Virus record (IMG/VR): IMGVR_UViG_3300021256_000005
From: a virus
Strand: one strand, 5' to 3'
DNA length: 64,000 nucleotides
The position numbers and the translations under genes are program-made. The stretch's first letter is position 1. Each line of letters starts with the position of its first letter. This document shows, in pieces, positions 58,629-64,000 of the stretch. The notes under the pieces were generated by a model that saw nothing but the letters and a program-made list of their open reading frames with translations, did not search any database and was not told the origin of the DNA.

Positions 58629-58970
58629 ATGGAAATAATTAACTTAACCCCTCATGCAATCAACATTATTACAAATAAAACCACTATCACTATTGAACCG
58701 AGTGGCACAGTCGCACGTGTCACGGCTAAAACTGTTCAGGTGGGAACGATGAACTGTGTGGATTGTGATGGTGTTAATATCCCTGTTACTACAACCGTCT
58801 TTGGGGAGATTGAAAATCTTCCCGAAGAAAAACCAGAGACAATTTATATTGTATCGGCTATAGTTGCGAAATGTTGTACAAATCGGTTCGATGTATTTGT
58901 TCCTAATGGATCTGTTAGGGATGATAATGGGCGGATCATCGGATGCAAGTCACTCAGTAGAATTTATTAA
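58629..58970 (+). CDS. Hypothetical protein (113 aa)
   Basis: RBS AAGGAG. The LTPH ... PSG ... ARV pattern recurs in unannotated phage and plasmid proteins; this is from my recollection only. Confidence 0.6.
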   Translation: MEIINLTPHAINIITNKTTITIEPSGTVARVTAKTVQVGTMNCVDCDGVNIPVTTTVFGEIENLPEEKPETIYIVSAIVAKCCTNRFDVFVPNGSVRDDNGRIIGCKSLSRIY

Positions 58971-58987
58971 GAAGGGAGAAAGAAATT

Positions 58988-59344
58988 ATGAGCATGAAAA
59001 CTACCAGAAAAGCAGTCGTTAATAACTACCCGAATATCAGGTCAGCAGACTACTGTGATTTACAGGCATTACTGCGCAATCATAACCCCCTTTGCCATAC
59101 AGAAGGCATTTACGGGTGGAACTTTGACGTATACAGCGTATACGGTCTGACAATCTGCACAGGATACCGTAACATGCCGGGAAAACGTTTAGAAGGCATT
59201 GGAACCTATGAGAAAAAAGCCGCCGCAATATGGTCAGATTATGATAATTATAAAGGTGTTGGCGGATTCGAAAAACAGCAGTCAGAAGTAGAAGAACTCT
59301 TAAAAGAGTTTTGCAAGTTGAATGGAGGGAACAATTATGAATAA
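58988..59344 (+). CDS. Hypothetical protein (118 aa)
   Basis: RBS AAGGGAGAAAG. Contains YCDLQALL ... GIYGWNFDVY. Confidence 0.6.
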   Translation: MSMKTTRKAVVNNYPNIRSADYCDLQALLRNHNPLCHTEGIYGWNFDVYSVYGLTICTGYRNMPGKRLEGIGTYEKKAAAIWSDYDNYKGVGGFEKQQSEVEELLKEFCKLNGGNNYE

Positions 59345-59630
59345 ATATAAATTTACAAGTAAGGGACGCACATTTACACGTGTAAGTAAGACAGCCGCAA
59401 AAAAGGCATTTATAAATGGTTTTACTATTGCGTTATGTCCTTCTAATTTACGCCCGGGTGCGCCATGGCACCCGGAAACAATTACAAACAGAGAAATAAT
59501 TGGCGCAGAAAATCCGGCTACGGGTTTTGACGTATTATTAAGTTCGTTCGAATACTTTAATTGCACGAACACAGAAACAGGAAGATATGCGGAGTTCTTT
59601 ATCGAAAGCGAGAATAACGAAGGAGAGTAA
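59337..59630 (+). CDS. Hypothetical protein (97 aa)
   Basis: The start was moved to MNKYKF, which is preceded by GGAGGG. It overlaps the upstream stop. Confidence 0.55.
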   Translation: MNKYKFTSKGRTFTRVSKTAAKKAFINGFTIALCPSNLRPGAPWHPETITNREIIGAENPATGFDVLLSSFEYFNCTNTETGRYAEFFIESENNEGE

Positions 59631-59632
59631 CT

Positions 59633-60181
59633 ATGACAAAATCTAGCATCACCAAATTCATCAACTTTTTTAAGAAGGAAAATAATTTAATTCTGGAACG
59701 TCATAATGAAACCATTCTTATTTCTGAGGGTCATGCAATTTATGAAATAGATTCATATATTTATGACACATATTTCAGTATTAAAAGTCCTAGATTTCAA
59801 TTTCCAGAACTGGAAAATCATGTGTGTTACATGGCAAACAGGAAGAATGAAATTCCTAGTCCTACAGGGAGCAATAAGTTGAAAGATATATATGAAAAAG
59901 CTAAACACTCAGCCACAAAATCAGTGGAATTAACGAAGTGGGTAATTAAAGATGATGCAGATTTGATGCGACTATATAAAGGCGATGAATTTGTTGTTTC
60001 GTGCAATGAAAAGTTCGTTGAACTGGCGTCATATCTTAGTGTGGACGTTCACATGGCATTAGGCAGTGATTACAAATCACCAGTAGTATTTAATACATGC
60101 ATGGTTTTACCAATGCTGATTAAAGATTCTGAAGTGTGGAATCAGCTGGCAGAAATCATGAAGGTTAAAACTACACACTGA
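59633..60181 (+). CDS. Hypothetical protein (182 aa)
   Basis: RBS GGAGAG, closely following the previous gene. Confidence 0.6.
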   Translation: MTKSSITKFINFFKKENNLILERHNETILISEGHAIYEIDSYIYDTYFSIKSPRFQFPELENHVCYMANRKNEIPSPTGSNKLKDIYEKAKHSATKSVELTKWVIKDDADLMRLYKGDEFVVSCNEKFVELASYLSVDVHMALGSDYKSPVVFNTCMVLPMLIKDSEVWNQLAEIMKVKTTH

Positions 60182-60197
60182 AAACAATTCGGGTCTG

Positions 60198-60284
60198 GAA
60201 AGAATTTCAAATTAGGTACTGATTTTTGAAAGCAGTGAAAACTGAATGCCGAAAAGAATTTGAAAATAGGTACTAGTTTCAAAG
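60198..60284 (+). promoter_or_regulatory. Tandem pair of about 34-nt hairpin repeats with a conserved TAGGTACT loop; the second abuts the RBS
   Basis: gaaagaatttcaaattaggtactgatttttgaaag lies at 60198-60232 and gaaaagaatttgaaaataggtactagtttcaaagg at 60251-60284. The tttcaaa and tttgaaa arms are swapped between the two copies. Confidence 0.55.
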
Positions 60285-60296
60285 GAGGAAACTATA

Positions 60297-62012
60297 ATGA
60301 GCTTAAAAAATGACGTAATCGAAGTATTAGATAATGAGAAATATATCTATTACAATGATGCAGTGTCAAGAATTATTAACGCTTATGAACCAAATAAACA
60401 TGAGGTAGTTGACATTTTACGCCGTCATCCTGACTGGAACGAGGATAATATGTCAATCTGTATCCCCGCAACATCGTATACACGAAAGTTCAATAGTAAT
60501 GCAATTTCCACGTTTGTAGATTACCTGATAGGCAGTATTTATTTCTCTGAGGAATTTCAGAATAATCTGGTAACATACTGTGCCGTGATGAATTATCAGT
60601 TACTCTCCAAATCTTTAGGAATAATATATTGTAGTGAAGTCATGCGTAAATGGTGGTTTGAAGAAAATGAACCATTGGTTAATGAGGATGGTGCCCTTCT
60701 ATACACACGGAATAAAGTTAGTACAGGAAAATATAATACTATTTTTCATGTATGCCCGAAAATAACGAAGGTGTTATCTTTCATTAGTTCGCTTAATACA
60801 GTTTTTTTCAATGCTGATATGGACGACGAATTAAATGAACTTAACGCCGATTTCCCGGCGTTCCATCTGCGAAACAACATGAAAACGTCAAAGGCAATCG
60901 GCAAAATTTGTAGAGAAATGGGTTGGGATAAATTTCCCAAATATAATGAAAAGTATGCGGCACTGTGTGACGAGATTAACCCATTAACAGTGCATACGCC
61001 TACATATATCAGTGTTCACCCTTGTGATTATTTATATATGTCAGATGGACATTCATGGACTAGCTGTCATGATATTCGAAACGCTGATGATCCGGGATGC
61101 TACAGTTCTGGCACTATCAGTTATATGTTAGATCATTATAGTTTCATCGTATACACACTGCCAGAAGTAGTAACCGAAAAACCGTGGAATCAGCCGAAAC
61201 TGCAAAGGGAAGTGTTTGCTCTGAAAGACGGTGTTATATTACAGAGCAGATTATATCCGCAGAGCTGTGATAACGGTTCAGGGGATGCTTATAGGGAAAT
61301 CCGCAACGTTGTACAGAAGGTAATTGCGGATTGTCTTGGGCAGCCTAATCTGTGGCAGACAAAACATTACCCGAATGTAGAACAGTACATCGTCCATGGT
61401 GACGGTGCTACCTGCTATCCAGATTGGAAAGACGGAAATCCTGGATCTACATATTGTTCCCTGACGTTCTTAAAGGGAATTGATCTCACCCATTTCTCAA
61501 TGGAAATCGGTGCAACACCTGTATGTCCAAACTGCGGAATGGAACATTGTCGTGAAGACAGTATTATCTGCGAAGATTGTGGAAACATTATCACCTGTGC
61601 AGATTGTGGCTGTGAGATGGACAGAGACTGCGCTTACATGATTGATGATGAATATTATTGTGAAGGTTGTGTCTTTTGGTGTGAATACCACGAGGATTAC
61701 GAACTAATTTCTAATGGTGTAACAGAAGTTGACGGATACGGTCAGGTTTGTGATCGAGCGTTAGAATATGGAGATTTTTACCAATGTGAATATTGCGGGG
61801 AATGGAAGTACGTAGAGGATATAATCCGCACAGAAGATGGTTGTTATTACTGTTGTGAAGAATGTGCAATTAGAGATGGTTATAGGGAAACCACCGATGG
61901 ATGGTATCTTGAACGTAAAACAGTAAAATGTCCACATTGCGGACGTTACAATTTAGAAGAAGACGATCAGTGCTATTGGTGCGGTAAATTTGTTGCGGGG
62001 GTGGCATCATGA
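60297..62012 (+). CDS. Hypothetical 571-aa protein with a Cys-rich multi-zinc-ribbon C terminus
   Basis: At least 7 CxxC pairs occur in the last roughly 170 aa (CPNCG, CEDCG, CADCGC, CEGC, CEYCG, CCEEC, CPHCG, CYWCG). A conserved-looking core (HPCDYLYMSDGHSWTSCH ... GCYSSGT) is present. Confidence 0.7.
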   Translation: MSLKNDVIEVLDNEKYIYYNDAVSRIINAYEPNKHEVVDILRRHPDWNEDNMSICIPATSYTRKFNSNAISTFVDYLIGSIYFSEEFQNNLVTYCAVMNYQLLSKSLGIIYCSEVMRKWWFEENEPLVNEDGALLYTRNKVSTGKYNTIFHVCPKITKVLSFISSLNTVFFNADMDDELNELNADFPAFHLRNNMKTSKAIGKICREMGWDKFPKYNEKYAALCDEINPLTVHTPTYISVHPCDYLYMSDGHSWTSCHDIRNADDPGCYSSGTISYMLDHYSFIVYTLPEVVTEKPWNQPKLQREVFALKDGVILQSRLYPQSCDNGSGDAYREIRNVVQKVIADCLGQPNLWQTKHYPNVEQYIVHGDGATCYPDWKDGNPGSTYCSLTFLKGIDLTHFSMEIGATPVCPNCGMEHCREDSIICEDCGNIITCADCGCEMDRDCAYMIDDEYYCEGCVFWCEYHEDYELISNGVTEVDGYGQVCDRALEYGDFYQCEYCGEWKYVEDIIRTEDGCYYCCEECAIRDGYRETTDGWYLERKTVKCPHCGRYNLEEDDQCYWCGKFVAGVAS

Positions 62013-62863
62013 ATTTTATACAGATATTGAAAAAAAGTCAGGCAGACCTGAAATCAGAACTGGAAAGTAATTTAAGATCCTATGGATACAAAGTCACTAA
62101 TGGAAACGGTTATCTGTATAAAGACGGTACATTTCCTGTATTACTGGTGGCACATATGGATACTGTCCACAAAGAGAAACCTTTGCAAATCATCAAACAC
62201 GGAAACGTATGGTCATCCCCGCAGGGCATTGGTGGAGATGATAGATGTGGCATATATATGATTCTGAAAATTATAGAAAAATATGATTGCGCCGTGTTGT
62301 TTACGGAAGATGAAGAAATCGGCTGTATTGGCGCAAGCAAATTTGTAACATCAGACCTATGTAAATCATTAAAAGGAAAGTTCAATTACATCATCGAACT
62401 GGACAGACACGGGAAAAATGATGCGGTGTTCTATGAGTGTGCCAATGATGATTTTGAAACATTTATAACAGAAAGGTACTGGGAAACAAAGCAGGGCAGT
62501 TATAGTGATATCTGCGAGATTGCTCCTGCACTTGGCGTGGCGGCTGTTAATTTAAGCTGTGGATATCACAGCGAACATCAAACAACGGAAACTGTGAATG
62601 TAGCGGAAATGAATCGCAACATAAAAGAAGTCTGTAATTTGTTATCCCGCACGAAAGACACTGTATATGAATATGTCAGCTTCTGTAATAGCTATTGGTG
62701 GGATGGTCAAACAGAATACGAAATTATATATAATAACTATTATGAGGTGGAGTATATTCTTGCAGAAAGTAAAGCAGAAGCAATTGGTATTTTTTGTATG
62801 AACCATCCACAGGTATCGTATAGTGAAATCGACAGTGTAAAGGATGATATGTTGTTTTGGTAA
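62009..62863 (+). CDS. M20/M28/M42-like metallopeptidase-fold protein (284 aa)
   Basis: The ordered metal-ligand-like motifs are VAHMDTVH, GGDDRCG, TEDEEIG, ELDRHG and GYHSEH. Confidence 0.6.
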   Translation: MNFIQILKKSQADLKSELESNLRSYGYKVTNGNGYLYKDGTFPVLLVAHMDTVHKEKPLQIIKHGNVWSSPQGIGGDDRCGIYMILKIIEKYDCAVLFTEDEEIGCIGASKFVTSDLCKSLKGKFNYIIELDRHGKNDAVFYECANDDFETFITERYWETKQGSYSDICEIAPALGVAAVNLSCGYHSEHQTTETVNVAEMNRNIKEVCNLLSRTKDTVYEYVSFCNSYWWDGQTEYEIIYNNYYEVEYILAESKAEAIGIFCMNHPQVSYSEIDSVKDDMLFW

Positions 62864-62896
62864 GATCGAGAGTTGACGCAAAAAGAAAGGAGATAT

Positions 62897-63070
62897 ATGG
62901 ATAACGTAGTAGCTGTAGGAAATGATAACAAGGTACTGTTCATAGATAGTGCCGCCAATGAATACGCAGTTTTTATGATTGAGAACGGCGTAGAACACCA
63001 GAAAACAAGATGGACAACTTTAGAAAAAACTCGAAAGAGTTTTGATAAAATTGTAGAAAACGAACTGTAA
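62897..63070 (+). CDS. Small hypothetical protein (57 aa)
   Basis: The start was moved to MDNVVAV, which is preceded by AAAGGAG. Confidence 0.5.
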   Translation: MDNVVAVGNDNKVLFIDSAANEYAVFMIENGVEHQKTRWTTLEKTRKSFDKIVENEL

Positions 63071-63095
63071 ATTTAAGAAGAAAAGGAGAAAAATT

Positions 63096-64000
63096 ATGTT
63101 AACATTTGAAAGAAATTACACTGACAAAACTGCAAAGAGCATCGCTAAAATGATTAACGGAAACCGCACAGAAATGACGTTTGATAACTGCGTTCAGCGG
63201 AACTATGTGTGGAAAATTGAACAGCAGTCAATGTTAATTGATTCAATTTTACGTGGGTATCCTGTGCCAGACATTTACGCAAACCGCACAGAAGCTCATA
63301 CAGAAAAAGGCACAAAATACTATGTCTATGATGTGTTGGATGGTCAGCAGAGATTAACTACAATTGCTCGATTCGTGGCAGGCAAATTCGCATTGAAAGG
63401 ACTGCCTGAGTTCGAGGATGAAGAAGGCAACAGTGTTGATCTGAATGATTGCTACTATGACGATCTTGACGAGAATTACAAAGAGGTACTGAACAACTTT
63501 ACATTCCGCATCCAGTATTATGACAACATGGATGATGAATCGGTTGCTGAGATTTTCCGTAGGCTGAATAACGGGAAGTCGTTAACCAACATTGAAAAGA
63601 TTCGTGTTTATGCGAAATCGTTTGATACGATTCGAGAATTAGCAAATCACCCGATTTTCAATATTGGCGAGATGATGACCGAAGCATCCCGCAGAGGTTA
63701 TCACAATGAAGATATGGTGATTAAATTATTCATGATTCTTCATGACGACACTAATCTTGACGCAAAACACGTGAAAGAAGTTCTTGCTAATGCTGAGTTT
63801 ACTGAACAGGATGTTACGCAGATCAAAACAATTTTAGATTATGCACGGAAGATTCATGACACAATTTTAGCCGATGATACAGATTTGAAATTAAATAAGA
63901 AAATCGCTAAACGGATGTATGGCAAGGTGCATTTTGTATCACTTATTCCGCTGTTCATGGAGACGATTGAAAATGGAATGCCTGATAGTTCTGTAGTTGA
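63096..64000 (+). CDS. DUF262 (ParB-like nuclease superfamily; GmrSD N-domain / DndB-like) protein, 3'-truncated by the window edge
   Basis: This is my own translation, since the ORF is not in the track (no stop within the window). It begins MLTFERNY and contains LIDSILRGYPVPDIY, VLDGQQRLTTI and IFRRLNNGKSLTNIEK. An RBS (AAAGGAG) is present. Confidence 0.8.
   Translation, partial: MLTFERNYTDKTAKSIAKMINGNRTEMTFDNCVQRNYVWKIEQQSMLIDSILRGYPVPDIYANRTEAHTEKGTKYYVYDVLDGQQRLTTIARFVAGKFALKGLPEFEDEEGNSVDLNDCYYDDLDENYKEVLNNFTFRIQYYDNMDDESVAEIFRRLNNGKSLTNIEKIRVYAKSFDTIRELANHPIFNIGEMMTEASRRGYHNEDMVIKLFMILHDDTNLDAKHVKEVLANAEFTEQDVTQIKTILDYARKIHDTILADDTDLKLNKKIAKRMYGKVHFVSLIPLFMETIENGMPDSSVV

Overview
This window is about 64 kb of a large tailed phage or prophage from a low-GC Gram-positive (Bacillota-type) host. 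All family calls below are motif-level recognition by eye; no searches were run. Several hallmarks resemble Bacillus phage SPbeta: a YonO-like single-subunit two-barrel RNA polymerase close to an HU-like protein, a giant tape-measure protein, and a lysis cassette of TM/coiled-coil proteins, holin and amidase.

The layout has three parts.

(1) A roughly 52-kb leftward (minus-strand) arm runs from 52564 down to 244. In order it carries a UvrD-like helicase, the YonO-like RNAP, a zinc-ribbon protein and an HU-like protein. A cysteine-desulfurase/metallophosphoesterase operon follows. The virion genes come next: terminase, portal, a capsid module, head-tail genes and the tail tube. A non-structural insert (Zn-ribbon, beta-CASP MBL nuclease, ClpP-like protease, DUF1064) sits between the tail tube and a 3679-aa tape measure. 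Dit and Tal follow. An IscB plus omega-RNA (OMEGA, IS200/IS605-type) element is inserted between the tail genes. Fibre proteins and the lysis cassette close the arm.

(2) A roughly 4.9-kb ORF-free hub (52565-57447) lies between the two divergent arms.

(3) A rightward early-like arm (57448 to the window end) encodes small proteins of unknown function, a Cys-rich 571-aa protein, an M20/M28-like peptidase and a DUF262 (DGQQR) protein truncated by the window edge.

The non-coding hub is the best candidate for something undescribed. It contains pure-TA tracts punctuated by GC-rich multi-hairpin islands. It also has a roughly 2.7-kb G+T-rich, C-depleted tract; by my count there are only about 7 C in 444 nt at 55921-56364. 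Two dispersed repeat families occur in it. It ends in a near-perfect sigma-A promoter followed by a roughly 600-nt helix-rich untranslated RNA.

The phage-borne IscB/omega-RNA element in the tail module and a second roughly 580-nt non-coding block upstream of the packaging genes are the next most notable items.
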